Part shown: positions 48,268 to 62,379 of the stretch, piece by piece | Layout: every line of letters begins with the position of its first letter | How positions within the stretch are numbered: position 1 is the stretch's first letter | Source: Octopus sinensis | Lineage: Eukaryota | DNA length: 64,000 nt | Reading direction: 5' to 3' | Assembly (NCBI RefSeq): GCF_006345805.1 | Contig: NC_043019.1 | Location: 4,029,360 to 4,093,359 of the forward strand | The notes under the pieces: model-generated | The model's input: only the letters and a program-made list of their open reading frames with translations | Databases searched by the model: none | Told to the model about the DNA's origin: nothing | Translations under genes and position numbers: made by a program

Positions 48268-51200
48268 AACTGCTTGATTTGTTTCTCAGTTTTGCAGAAA
48301 TGGGTTACAACATGACCGTTAATGATGCGAGCCCACAGATGGTGCAGGATGCGAAGATCAAATGTGCCTCTGCCCTGGCCTACAACCTCTCATTTGTTGG
48401 TAATAACTGTATTATGTCTCTCATGGTGGTGGTGGTGGTGGTTTTATTTGGCCCCAGGTCAGCACTTGTTAAGCAGATCTATGATCAAACGTCTACCAGC
48501 TGTAAAAAGTCTAACGATTTTCTTATGTGTAGGGAAACAGGGGGAAAATTGTCTAATGTGCCCTTTTATTAATAAGGCAGTGATTTGCAGGGGAAATTTT
48601 GATTGTTATCTATTTCTAGCAAGTTGAGTCACCACATAGAGGCTTCTTTGTTGATTTGCAGTTGTGGTCATGTGTAATATGTGACAGATTGTGGTTTGTG
48701 TCTGGTAATAGTTGCCATGAGTGGAGGCACAGGTCTTAGTGTTAGACTTATGATCATAAGATTGTGGTTTCAATTCCTGGAGTGGGCGATGTGTTGTGTT
48801 CTTGAACAAAACACTTCATTTTTTCGTTGCTCCAGTCCAGTCAGCTGGCAAAAACTGAGTAATCCTGCAAGGTACTGGTGTCCTATCCAGGTGGGAAATA
48901 TTTACGCCATGGAAACTGGGAAACTGGCCCTTATGAGTCGGTGTGATGGTGTTGTTGTTGTTGTTTAGTCAGGAGCCTTTCTCCTGACTATGCGCATGTC
49001 TGACATGTAGGTAAACCGACTGCAAGACTAGTTACAATCCACAGACCCATAGCCCAACATGTACCATGTATGCAAGGCTGAAGACTACATTATAGATTCT
49101 GTCATGTGGTTGTTAAGTGTATGTGGACATGAGGGGATGCTGAGAAAGTTCCTGGCTTTGAGTTAAGGAAAGTGCAGGAGGATCAGTTAATTATGATTTT
49201 ACTCAACATATTCCCCTCGCAGATTCTCACATTTGCTGCAGAGGTCCTTCAGTTTTTCTAAGTCCTGTAAAAGAATTCAGAAAGTTGGGCTCCCAACTAG
49301 GTCTTTCACGATATCCTTAAAGCCAGGCACTTTTCAGCACCCCCTCATAAAACATGTGATTATGTACACACAAGAGGACGCTGAAAAGTTCCAAGTTTTG
49401 ATAAAAGAAAATAGAGGAGGATCAATTAATTATGATTTTATTGCCAGGTGGTTGGTGTTAGGACAGGAATCCAGTTGTAAAAACTGTGCCAAAATAGACA
49501 CAGAAGTCTAGCACAGGCTCATGCCTGGTCAGTTCCTATCAAGCATTCCAACCCATGCCAGCATGGAAGGTGGACTTTAAATGAAGATGACAATGACAAT
49601 GATATTCCCCTCTCAGATTCACACACCTCCTGCAGTCGTCCTTCAGCTTTTCTAAGCCCTGTAAAAGAACTCAGAATGTTGGACCTCCAGCCAGGCCTTT
49701 CTCGATATCCTTAAAACCAGTAACTTTTCATCACCCCACTTAGATGAACATGTTTATCTTTCACATGTCCAGGTGTACCAAAGGTAAGTGTGTTTATATA
49801 CTCATACAATGATTCTTCTTCTTCTTCTTCTTCTTCTTCTTCTTCTTCTTCTTCTTCTTCTTCTTCTTCGTCTTCTTCTTCTTCTTCTTCTTCTTCTTCT
49901 TCTTCTTTTTCTTCTTCTTTGCAGGTTATTATGATAAATGTGAGAAAATATTGACTGAAAACTTAAAGAAAACGTCAGGCTTGACTTCTCCTGTTTTATC
50001 TAAATTGCTGAATACAATGGGTGTTAATTATGAAAGGAGTAAGTATGGTACCACCAGCCCCCTTTTTTTCCCCCTAAATATTTTGTTACTTTCTGGTTAA
50101 GCACAGGTGTGGCTGTATGGTGAAGAATTTTGTTTCCCAATAACATGGTTTTGAGTTCGGTCCCACTGCATGGCACCTTGGGTAGATGGTTTCCACTATG
50201 GCCCTGAGCCAAGAAAAGTCAATTTGTGTGAGTGGATGTGGTTGACAGAAACTGATAAAAGCCATATATTTGTGTGCGTGTGTGTGTGCGTTTGTGTTTA
50301 TGAGTGTGTTGCTATCTCCCTACCTTGACTTTGCATGATAGTTGTAAACGAATGTCACTGTCATCCATGCAGTGTTGTTCATTTACAGTCTTCTGTGAAA
50401 GCATCTCTGGGCATAGGGAAATATTACGTTTATATTATTTCATTTTGTCTTTTAACAGATGGTTCACAATATAATAAAGCAATCAAATTTTATAATGCTG
50501 CACTTAGTGAAAGATTGAAAATTGTTACTGTAAATCCTAAGATATCTGTGATATCGTACTCTAATGTAGCAAATTTATTATCCCGAAACTTTGGCAAACA
50601 CAGTAAGTACAGAGTTTTAAGTTTTAAGTAAAATCTAAAACTACAAATATAAATATTTGGTCGTTTTCTTTATTAATATTTCTTAAGGTGACAAGCTGGC
50701 AGAAGCATTAGCGTGCCAGGTGAAATGCTTAGCGGCATTTCCTCTGTCTTAACGTTCTGAGTTCAACTTCCACCGAAGTTAACTTTGCATTTCATTCTTT
50801 TGGGATCGATAAATTACGTACCAATTGCATACTGGGGGTTGATCTAATCGACTGCCCCCCACCACCACCACAAAAAGCTTCGAGCCTTGTCCCTAGAGTA
50901 GAGAAGAATATTTCTCCTTCTTAAGATGGTGAACTGTCAGAATTACCAACAAGTTGGGCAAAGTTGTTAGTGGTATTTTGTCCAGTTATATATTGTGAGT
51001 TCAAATTCTGTCATGGTCAACTTTGCTTTTCATCCTTTCGGGGTTGATAAAATAAGTACCAACTTAGCACTGGCATCATTGTAATTGACTAACCCGTCCC
51101 ATAAATTGCTGACCTTGTGCAAAATTTAAAACCAGTGTTTCTCCTTTTTATAGCGGCAAGCTGGTAGAATCGCTAACATACTAAGTAAAATCTTTAGCAG

Positions 51201-52548
51201 TATTTGGTCCGTTTTTATATTCTGAATTCAAATTCCAACGAGGTTGACTTTGCTTTTCATCATTTTGAGGTCAATAAAATAGGTGCCAGTAATATACTGG
51301 GGTCAATGTAATTGATTTACTCACCACCCCTGAACTTGCTAACCCTAATTTGAAACTAATATTTCTTCTTCTTTCTCCAGGTAAAGCACTACAACTTCTG
51401 TTCAGTGCCAAGGATATCCAAAAGAAGCATAGATGGCTACACATGAACACCTCCTTGGTATTGCATTACACTGGTTATGTGTATCTGAGAATGTAAGTAC
51501 TTTGGTTTGATAAGCCTCATTGGTCAAGTGCATTTGAGATTGGAAGTAGTTTTGTTTGACCAACCAGATTAACTGAATGTATTTGCGAATGTAAGTAATT
51601 GGTTGATTGTGAATGTGAGGCTGTGTGTAATTTAGACAAACATTATTCCAAGAGTTAAACATGATTTTATTTATGCTGCTCAAGTTGGTCCTGAATCACA
51701 AAATTCTCCACATTGAGTCAACAAGATGTAAGAAACTTAATGCCACATGTGTGGTAGCTAGATACAAACGCTTAAACATGAATATTTGATTTAAAGGTGA
51801 TTTCCCTCCTCCTAGGACTGCAGCTGGGATATACAAAAAATATGTGTTTCTAGTGTGTTTGGAACAGCTGCAATGACAGGAATCATTCCACTGTAAAAGA
51901 CTGGCCTAAAAGAGAGGAGCGCATAGTTGGTCGGTACAATGTGCAGCATATACCACTGGTAGACCCGTAAAAGATCTTCCTGGATTAAACATGGTGATAC
52001 CCGGTACCATGCCGTACTCAAGAAGACCCGTACTCTGATGCAGAAGTGTTAAGATTGATCCTTCTGGTGGTGCAAAGCTCTTTTGGTGGTACCATATAAA
52101 TGCGCCTGTGCAGTGTCATGTAATAGCACCCACATGGTTCCATGTAAAGGCGCCCATGTGGTGCAATGTAAAAGCAACCAGCACATCTGTGAAGGGGTTG
52201 GTGTTAGGAAGGGCATCCAGCTATAGAAACCTTGCCAAATCAGACTGGGATCTGATGCAGCTCCCCACCTTGCCAGTTCTGGTCAAACCATCCAGGTACC
52301 ACTCAAACACTGGACAACGGACATTACATGATGATGATGAACATATACATACATTGCTCCATGTTTGCTGTCATATAACACATGTCTGGAGCATGCAGCC
52401 ATTAGTATGACCATGTAAGGAGTTTGTGTATTGGAACTCTTCTCTGCACACACTGAAGAGAGTGTTTCTTACTATTAACACATACACAAAAAACATATCG
52501 TGTGTGTGTATGTATGTGTATATATATATATATGTGTGTGTGTATATA

Positions 52549-52609
<61 letters not shown>

Positions 52610-55600
52610 AATAAGGATAAGATTGTTAATTTAAATAAAATAACGATCTTATCAAGTGGCCAGCATGGAAATAAAAACCTTCAAAGATTATAATTATTAT
52701 TAAAATTATAACTTGGGGTATCTACGAGATACCACCATGCTGAAAATAGCAGCCAGGATCTAACTCTAGAAATCCGGGATCTGGAATTATCCAGTAATTT
52801 TTTACTAGTTTTATTTTGTCTTTTTGTCTTCTCTCCTTGTGCTATATGAACACTTAAGGTGGTTTTAGAGTCAGATCCTGGCTGCTATTTTCAGCATGCC
52901 GGTATCTCGTAGATACCCTAAGTTATAATATATATATATATGTGGGGGTGCAATGGCCCAGTGGTTAGGGCAGCGGACTCATAGTCGGAGGATCATGGTT
53001 TCAATTCCCAGACTGGGCGTTGTGTGTGTTTATTGAGAAAAAACACCTAAAGTTCCACAAGGCTCTGGCAGGGGGGGGGGGTAGCGACCCCTGTTGTACA
53101 CTTTCACCCCAATTTTCTCTCACTCCCTCTCCCTGTTTCGTGAATAACTGCCATTACCACCACTGCCATCGCCACCACCACTGTCATGACAATCACCACC
53201 TCCACCACCATAACCACTACCATTGCCATCACTACCACTGTTACCATCTTCACCATCACCACCACCACCACCACCACCACCACCATCATCACCATCACCA
53301 TCACTGTTAACATCTTCACCACCACTGCTGCCTTCACCACCATCACCACCACCACCATCACCACTACCACTTTGGACTCGATCTTACCATTGAACCACTA
53401 TGGCCATCATATTCCAGGCATGAAATCTCCAACAGCCTGACATATTTTCATGGGGCTTTGGATATCTACAACCAGATACACCCAAACTACACCGGAAAGA
53501 TGAATATCATTCATGCGATTGCGCACTGCTATCTGCTGAAAGAGGAATTCGATAAAGCCAAGAGTTGTTTCAAGGACATGCTCGAAGGTTACAGTGACCG
53601 TTTGTTGAGCGGTTCGTCAGAGGCTGAATCTCTCTCCCTGGCTTTAGAACACCTGGTTTACCTCAATTTGGAAAACCCTCAGGTATGGTTAATTATCACA
53701 TATGTTGTCATTGTTGATTGATAGATTGACTGATGGATAGATGGTGGACAGATTGATGGATTTACTCTTTTATTCTTTTACTTGTGTCAGTCATTTGACT
53801 GCGGCCATGCTGGAGCACCGCCTTTAGTCGAGCAAATCGACCCCGGGACTTATTCTTTGTAAGCCCAGTACTTATTCTATGGGTCTCTTTTGCCGAACCG
53901 CTAAGTGATTGATGATGAAATGATTATTTGATCGATTACTGGATTAATTGATGGATTAATTGATGAATTAATTGATGGATTGATTGATTGATTCATGGAT
54001 GGATTGATGATTGATTGATTGATTGATGATTGATAAATTGGTTATACTTCTAAAATACAAAAATATTGGATCATCCCATAAATAACGCGGGTTGTTTTAC
54101 ACTTCTTTTATTTTTCAAAATTAAGATAATTAAAATATTTTTTAATCTAAATGTTACCCTCCTTCATTTTCTACAATGCTCTTCCATTATTTATCTGGTA
54201 GACTTGCAAGGGCTTTTTTCCAAAATTCATTTGTCCATAAAGAAAATACCCTTCTAGTACGGTTCAGACCTTAAATCCTTAAATCCTTTAAAATGTTTTA
54301 GCCCGAAGGCCGCGGCCATGCTGGGGCAACACCTTGTCTACATAATTCATATTTTTCCTGTCCAAATTATTTTGAAGAGTGTGGAATAAATGATAATCAG
54401 ATGGAGCAATGTCTGGTGAATATGCTGGGTGGGGCATCGTTTCCCATTCAAACTGCTCCAGCTTTGGAATGTCATCGTTGTATGTAGCCAAGCATTATCC
54501 TAATGGAAGTACAACTTCCGTCTTGAAACCAAAGATGGCCGTTTTTCTTCTAACACTGACTTAAGTTGAATGGTTGAATTACCAAACCCAAGATTCTCTG
54601 CTAGTTCCTCAACAGTTACGATGGGATTTTCTTCCACTGGGTTTGCAGGTTGTCCTTGTTGAGCTCTACAGATCTTCCAAGATGAAGCCCATCTTCTAGG
54701 TTGTAGTTTCCGGCTCGTAATTTCAGGAACCACTATTGACACTGGCTTACACTTATTGTATGACCCCATATACTGCATTAATATTCCTTGCACTTTTCGT
54801 TGCATTGTTGCCTTTATTGAATTCATAAAACAAAATGTGCCAAATATGCTCCTTTGTCGCTTCCATTATAGCTTTGAAAAAATAACTGTTAAAATCGAAG
54901 TGCACTCTTCAAAACTTGCACTAAGAATAAGCACATGGTAAAATTACTACCTGCTATAAAGGAAGTTGACTTTTAATGCATGCAACTGAAAAAACCTCAT
55001 TTATGGGATGACACAATATTTTAAGAATGTTTTTAATACAATAACCAGGTGCCCCAGCCTTAGGGTTGAAGTGTATAAAAGAATAAAAATAAATAAATGA
55101 ATGGGTATTTTTAAACATTGAATGGTTAAGAAGATCTCTTTGAGTAAAATAGGAACCAAAGTGGTCCAGAGGGCAGAAAATGGTTTAGAGGCACAGGATT
55201 AATGGAAGGATGAGTTGGTATCTGTTCTTCATTCTTCAAGTAGCTGCTACCGTGAGGAATTTTATTATGATATGTCAGCTAAAGAAGAGCAAGCTGGCAG
55301 AATCGTTACTGTACCAGGCAAAATACTTAACAGATTTTCGTCCGTCTTTACATTCTGAGTTCAAATTCTGCTGATGTCAGTTTTACCTTTCATCCTTTCG
55401 GGGTCAATAAAATAAGAACCAATTGAGCAGTGGGGTCGATGTAATCAGCTTTCCACCCGATTCGTTGAATTTGCTGGCCTTGTGCCAAAATGCGAAATCA
55501 ATATTATTCTCTGTATTAAGGTGTCAAACAGGTAGAATCATTAGCATGCTGGGCAAAATGGTTATTGGCATTTCGTCCGCCTTCCCGTTCTGAGTTCAAA

Positions 55601-56037
55601 TTCTGCTGGAGTCAGTTTTGCCTTTTGTTCTTTTGGGGGACAAGAAAATAAGTACCAGTTGAGCACTGGGGTTGATGTAATTTACGCTCACCCCTGAAAT
55701 TGCTGGCCTTGTGCCAAAATTTGAAACCATAGTGATATGTCAGGTTAGGGCCTCAAGCTGACAGAATCGTTACCTTGCTAGACAAAATACTTACCAGTTT
55801 TGCTCCTGGCTCTTTTATGTTCTCAGTTCAGATACTACCAAGGTTGACTTGGCCTTTCATCCTTTCAAGGTCAATAGAATACCAGTTGAGTACTGGGGTC
55901 AATATAATTAACTAAACCATTCGTCCAAGTTTTCAGGCTTTGTGCCTATAGTAGGAAAAAATTATGTCAGGTATCTCGGTCCTCCATTGGTTTTGGTAAT
56001 TCCTAAGTTTCGTGAAGTGCCTCCCAACCAATTACAT
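43969..56037 (+). repeat. Segmental duplication 2, second copy
   Basis: Starts tgggtaggctcc (equals 22465); diverges from the first copy where a SINE array begins at 56041. Confidence 0.9.
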
Positions 56038-57543
56038 CAATGGCAGAAACGTTAGCACGCCGGGCAAAATGCTTAGTAGTATTTCGTCTGCCGCTACATT
56101 CTGAGTTCAAATTCCGCCGAGGTCGACTTTGCCTTTCATTCTTTCGGGGTCGATTAAATAAGTACCAGTTACGCACTGGAGTCGATATAATCGACTTAAT
56201 CCATTTGTCTGTCCTTGTTTGCCCTCTCTGTGTTTAGCCCTTGTGGGTAGTAAAGAAATAGGTATTTCGTCTGCCGCTACGTTCTGAGTTCAAATTCCGC
56301 AAGGTCGACTTTGACTTTCATCCTTTTCGGGGTCGATTAAATAAGTACCAGTTACGCACTGGAGTCGATATAATCGACTTAATCCGTTTGTCTGTCCTTG
56401 TTTGTCCTCTCTGTGTTTAGCCCTTGTGGGTAGTAAAGAAATAAGGATTTCGTCTGCCGCTACGTTCTGAGTTCAAATTCCGCCGAGGTCAACTTTGCCT
56501 TTCATCCTTTCGGGGTCGATTAAATAAGTACCAGTTACGCACTAGGGTCGATATAATCGACTTAATCCGTTTATCTGTCCTTGTTTGTCCTCTCTGTGTT
56601 TAGCCCCTTGTGGGTAGCAAAGAAATAGGCATGGTAGTTTCCAGAATGTATGAGATCATCTCTCATGTATGAGTGATATTAGAATTCTAAAGCAACTTCT
56701 CTTTGGCCATTTTCCAGCAGGAATGTCTGTTGGAAGGCCACTCTTGTTCTTCAAAGACAAACTAAAAGAAAATATGAAGCGATGCAACATTCCATTTTTC
56801 TTCCTGGGAAAAAAAAGCATCAGAACATAGGACCTGGTGCCAGTCCTGCTTCTCAGTTCTAAGATTTGAGCAAAGTCAACTCCAGCATCAGAACGATGCT
56901 AGTGCTGCTTGATTGGCTCCCCGTGCTGGTGGCACATAAAAAGCCCCATCCAAACGTGGTCAGTGCCAGCGCCACCTGACTGGCTCCCGTGTTGGTGGCA
57001 CGTAAAAAGCATGAATTACACTCTCAGAGTCGTTAGCATTAGGAAAGGCATCCAGCTGTAGAAGCCTTGCCAGATCAGATTGGAGCTTGGTGCATCCTAC
57101 AGGATTGCCAGTCCTCAGTCAATCCGTCCAACCCATGCCAGCATGGGAAACGGACGGTAAATGATGATGATGAAGATAATATATATATATGTTGCTTAAT
57201 TTCACTTTCTTTTTATTTCTAGAACCAGCTGTTTCATTTGGAGAATCTTTTGAACGAAATTAGACAACTATTGAAACGAAGTGTACATGAGAAACACAAG
57301 CTACGATATTCCGATGCTATTGCCAAGTACCAGTCCTTGAAAATACTCCTGGTAGATAAACTCAACCGAAAGGAAGAACGGGCTGGACTCCTCATGGACT
57401 CAATCCCTGTTCTTTGTCATCATTGCAAGAGTTTCATTCGTTATTTTAAATGTTCTCGAGAAAATTATATTCATAAACTTTGCGGACTGAGATCTAATTC
57501 ATATGAAATCGATATTCAACAACGATTAAAGATTGTAGAATAA
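47027..57543 (+). CDS. Copy C: 5'-truncated TPR-only paralogue (exons 4-10), frames intact
   Basis: Exons 47027-47174, 48290-48399, 49925-50038, 50459-50602, 51381-51492, 53418-53682, 57223-57543; same lengths and splice sites as copy B; no homologues of exons 1-3 between 43.97 and 47.0 kb. Expression unknown. Confidence 0.7.
54066..55016 (-). mobile_element. Mariner transposon, duplicate of 32535-33485
   Basis: Same TIRs, TA TSD and length. Confidence 0.92.
56041..56627 (+). repeat. Head-to-tail array of SINE S3 (3 units, ~183 bp)
   Basis: Units end at 56260, 56443 and 56627; only the first has the 5' head. Confidence 0.85.
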
Positions 57544-57754
57544 AGAATGGTTTATGATTTTACTTTTTTGGTATGATTGACTACATTATAGCTGTGGTCA
57601 GTTCAATAGATGATCTCAAACATAGTCTTTTCGGGGTCGATTAAATAAGTACCAGTTACGCACTGGGGTCGATATAATCGACTTAATCCGTTTGTCTGTC
57701 CTTGTTTGCCCCCTCTGTGTTTAGCCCCTTCTGGGCAGTAAAGAAATATATATA

Positions 57755-58341
57755 AGTAAAGTCACCGGAAGTAACTTGCACGGACACCGGAAATACATCT
57801 GCCATCACCAGAGAAAACAAAGCAACTACCCCCAGCGACTTGCCTGACCTTTCATTGGACAATAGCTACCTACCTGCCATTCTATTGGACACTGGCTAAA
57901 CATCACTGCTGATATTTTTGTATAAATAGACATGAAAAATCGCTGTAAAGGTAGTTGGATTTTTGGTACTCGACTGATGTAAATCGGTTCCGTCTCGCCT
58001 GCTACGCTCACCACTCACGCCGCCTCGAACCTTTGTACTGCTATTTCACGCCTGAAATAAATCGCTGTATAAACTTACACCTCTTGTCTGCTCGTCATTT
58101 CAACTACTGCTTTCGTCTGTCCTGTTTTGCTGATTACGACCACAGTCCTTCTCAGGGCTAATTCAAGTCTGATCTGAATGCGATAACAGTCCTTTTTAGG
58201 ATTACTCTCAGATCCGATCTAATTACGATAACAGTGCTTTTTAGGACTATTCTTGGATCGGATCTAATTGCGATAACAGTCCTTTTAAGGGCTACCCTCA
58301 GATCAGACCAGAAGTAGTGGCCAAGAATCATACCCGCTACA
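57755..58341 (+). repeat. Gypsy 5' LTR
   Basis: Matches the 3' LTR at about 13 substitutions by manual count; first base is A rather than T; ends cccgctaca. Confidence 0.9.
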
Positions 58342-58374
58342 ATTGGTGACCCCAAGAATCGTACCCGCTATAAT

Positions 58375-58387
58375 TGGTGACCCCGAC
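58375..58387 (+). promoter_or_regulatory. Primer-binding site, tRNA-Trp type
   Basis: TGGTGACCCCGAC is complementary to the 3' end of eukaryotic tRNA-Trp (...GUCGGGGUCACCA); partial copy at 58344-58353. Confidence 0.8.
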
Positions 58388-58421
58388 AACGAATCAAGCG
58401 AACAGCATATCAAGAATCAGC

Positions 58422-59292
58422 ATGGACACGCCAAAACCAACAACAGAGGCCGATATACCAACCACGCAAGAAGCTTTAACCATGAAGGTCCCGTTTTTTG
58501 GTCCAACGACCCAGCCCTGTGATCGTCCACATAGAAGCACAATTCGCCATGAATAGTATCAAGCACGACTCTGCAAAACTCACGCACATCATTGGGTCAG
58601 TCCCACCAGAAGTATTGGCTGAGGTGAGAGACCTAGTCATGGCACCGCCAGGCACGGTGTCGTACGAAGCTTTCCGCAAGGAATTAATAATGCGAACTAC
58701 CGCATCACAGCAGAGACGACTCAACCAACTCGTGTCTGCAGAAGAGTTGGGGGACAGAAAACCGTCCCAACTGCTGCGTAAATTGAGACAGCTGATGGAG
58801 GACCAACCGCTGTCAGAAGAGTTTCTGAAAAGGCTTTTTCTACAGCGCCTGCCCTTACCAATGCAGAGCATTCTGGCGTCGACTAACGACACAGCAACCC
58901 CGGAGGAACTTGCGCGTGTCGCAGATAGAATCGCTGAGGTGTCAAACCCCTTTTCTTCTGTGGCACAAATCAACCATCGGACGAACCCATTCGAAGCGTC
59001 CTCAGACTCTACCTCCGAGATTGCAGAGCTGCGAGCTATGATCAGGGAGCAGGCTGGTCAAATTAAAGCCCTCACAAACAGGCTAGAAAACTGGACCTTG
59101 GAAACACACCGGCGGCGCAGCAACAGTTCATCAAGGTCCACTCACCGTCGAAGATCCAGAAGTCCCAGTCAAAATCGTGTGTCTAGCAACATCTGCTGGT
59201 ATCACGCAGAATTCGGCGCACGGGCATCTAAGTGCAAGGCCCCGTGCTCTTTCCTGAATACCACCCAGGGAAACGGGCAGGCCAGGGCCTAG
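58422..59292 (+). pseudogene. gag: Gypsy gag (frameshifts and a stop near the 5' end)
   Basis: Reconstructed F-W-SNDPAL..VHIEAQF start, LGDRKPSQLLRKLRQL, C-terminal CWYHAEFGARASKCKAPC motif. Confidence 0.8.
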
Positions 59293-62200
59293 CGACGACG
59301 TTCACCCGTGGTACTGAGAAAAAAAATCGTCTGTTTTTTATTAACGACCAACCGACGGGCATCTGCTATCTCGTGGATACAGGAGCCCAGGTTAGTGTTA
59401 TTCCTGTATCACTAGTCTCGGGCAAACGACATCCAACACCGTCCTTTCTGCGGGCAGTGAACCGATCGTCAATTCCGACTTTCGGTGAGAAATCACTGAC
59501 CCTGAATCTAGGCCTGAGGCGTCGTTTCCAGTTCATTTTCGTTGTGGCAGACCTACCGACCCCTATCTTAGGAGCCGATTTTCTCCACCACTTCAACCTT
59601 CTGGTGGACATGAAGAACCGGAGGCTTATTGACACCACCACAAACCTCACTGTGAGAGGTATATTTACCACGCAACCGACAGTGAGCCCTGTAATCTGTC
59701 AGTCAGAACCTTCGCGTTACAACAGCATTCTCCAGAAATATCCAGACATCACTCGCCCGGTATGTAGAGATGGACCCATTAAACATCGTGTCACACATCA
59801 CATCGAGACACGAGGACCACCCACAGCTGCCCGACCAAGGAGACTGCCTCCAGACCGATTGCGAATCGCCAAACAGGAATTTCAGCACATGCTGGACCTT
59901 GGAATCATTCGCCCTTCCTCCAGCAACTGGTCTGCACCTCTACACCATGTTCCCCAAAAAAACAGAGAACGACTGGCGACCATGTGGGGATTATCGTGCA
60001 CTCAACAATACCACAGTGCCCGATAATTACCCTGTACCTCACTTGCACGATTTTTCTGCCTCTCTGCAAGGCGCACGCATCTTTTCTAAGATAGATTTGG
60101 TGCGGGCATATAACCAGATACCTGTGGAGCCTGCTGATATTCCAAAGACGGCAATCACAACACCGTTCGGTTTGTTCGAATTCCTGCCAATGCCGTTCGG
60201 TCTGCGCAACGCTGCACAAACTTTTCAACGGTTCATTGACACCGTATTACGTGACCTACCTTTTGTGTGCGCGTATATCGACGATGTACTAGTAGCAAGT
60301 ACTTCTGAGCAAGAACACGAGAAGCACTTGGATCTTCTGTTCCAACGTTTGGCCGAGAACGGCATCACCATCATCAACCCAAGCAAGTGCGTTCTCGGCG
60401 TTCCTTCACTGTCCTTTCTCGGGCACATAATTGATAAAGACGGCATTCGTCCACTTCCTGAGAAAGTAGGCGCTATCCGCAATTTTCCAGCACCTACATC
60501 ACTTCGGAAACTACGTGAATTCCTCGGTTTGGTTAATTTTTCATAGGCGTTTTATCCCTCATTGTGCTGACGCAGCCCGACTCCTCACGGACCTTCTTCG
60601 CAACCGGACTCGGAAAAATGAAGACATAACTTCGAACGAGGAAGAATTAACATCTTTCAACGGTCTGAAAGAAATGCTGGCAAGCGCTTCCATGCTCGTT
60701 TTCCCCAGGTCTGGCGCTCCTCTTTCGCTGCTAGTGGACGCATCAGACATGGGGGTTGGAGGCGTTTTGCAACAATATGTCGACGGCGTTTGGCAACCCT
60801 TATCCTTCTTTTCTAAGCGGTTGCAACCCACTGAAACCAAATATAGTGCGTTCGGCCGTGAACCTACCTTTCAGTGAAGCATTTTCGTCACATGCTCGAA
60901 GGATCGGATTTCCTGATCTACACGGACCATAAACCACTAGTTTATGCGTTCCGTACCTAACCCGATCGACATTCACCGAGAGAACTTCGCCACTTGGACT
61001 TTGTCTCCCAATATTCAACCGATATTCGGCATATCAAGGGATCAGACAACGTAGCAGCTGACGCTCTGTCCCGAATCCCGCTGAACGCAATACATGTGGA
61101 TTCAGGCATCGACCTTCATCAAATTGCAGCTGACCAAGAGACTGACGAAGAGTTTATCAAACTCCGAGATTCGCCATCCCTCAAGTTTCAACAAGTTCCC
61201 ATTTCTTCTTCTTCTCCGGTACAAATTTGGTGCGACATTTCTACTGGTCATCAACGACCGTACGTACCCAGGATGCATCGACAACAAGTTTCTTCTGCGT
61301 TACACTGTTTGTCTCACCCGGGAATCCGGGCTACACAGAAACTCATTTCTGCTCGTTTTGTGTGGACCAACGTTAACAAGGACGTGCGCGACTGGTCCAG
61401 GAGCTGCATTGCCTGCCAGAAAGCCAAAGTCCACAGACACATCAAAACGCCACTCGGCGCATTCGCGCAACCTGATGCACGTTTTCAGCATGTGCATATC
61501 GACATCGTCGTACCTTTACCATCATCACAGAACTGCAATCACTTGCTCACCTGCATTGATCGTTTTTCCCGTTGGCCTGAGGCTTTTCCTATAAGTGATA
61601 CCTCAGCGGAAACGGTGGCTAAAACTTTGGTTTTACACTGGGTATCACGTTATGGCGCCCCAGCGAATATAACAACGGACAGAGGACGCCAATTTGATTC
61701 TTATCTCTTCAGGGAACTGACTCGTCTGTTAGGATGTAAACACATCCGCACAACAGCTTATCACCCGCAAGCTAATGGTCTTGTGGAAAGATTCCATCGT
61801 CAATTGAAAGCTGCAATAAAGGCGTACCCAGACAAGACCCACTGGTTTGAATACCTGCAACTCATCCTTCTTGGCATCGGTTCCACCGTTAAGGAACAAT
61901 TCGGACACACACCTGCAGAATTAGTGTACGGCACCACCCTGGTTCTACCTGGTCAGATGGTTGCTCCCAACTCTCCTCGGGACGTTCCAGACCCAGGATC
62001 ATACGTACACCGACTTCGTCAATACATGTCTCACCTTGCCCCTGCGAGCACCCGTCAACAGAACACGAACACACATGTACCTGCAGACATTAGCGAATGG
62101 ACGCACGTTTTTGTTAGAAATGACACCATCTCCACTAATCTTCAACCTCCATATTCTGGCCCTTACCGTGTCCTAGAAACACACCCAAAATATTTTGTCA

Positions 62201-62379
62201 TCGATCAAAATGGTAAACAGAATTCTGTCAGTATGGACAGATTTAAAAAAGCCATCATGGACACGATTACGGTTTCTATGCCAGAAACACCAGCAGCTTG
62301 CATTCCCAGCAAACCGCCTGTTTCATCTCCTGTCACAAGAAGTGGACGACGTGTCCATTGGCCCGCCAAGTTGGCCTAA
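59268..62379 (+). pseudogene. pol: Gypsy pol (protease, RT, RNase H, integrase), split by frameshifts and a stop
   Basis: YLVDTGAQVS protease; [23 protein letters not shown] and YIDD RT; DASDMGVGGVLQQ RNase H; H..SHPG...CIAC zinc motif; HVHIDIV, TDRGRQF and NGLVERFH integrase; breaks near 59955, 60540, 60865 and TAA at 60958. Confidence 0.92.

Noticed and set aside
58476-61500. Antisense and alternative-frame ORFs across the Gypsy element
   Set aside because: Shadows of GC-richer gag/pol sequence; no motifs and no env-like ORF.
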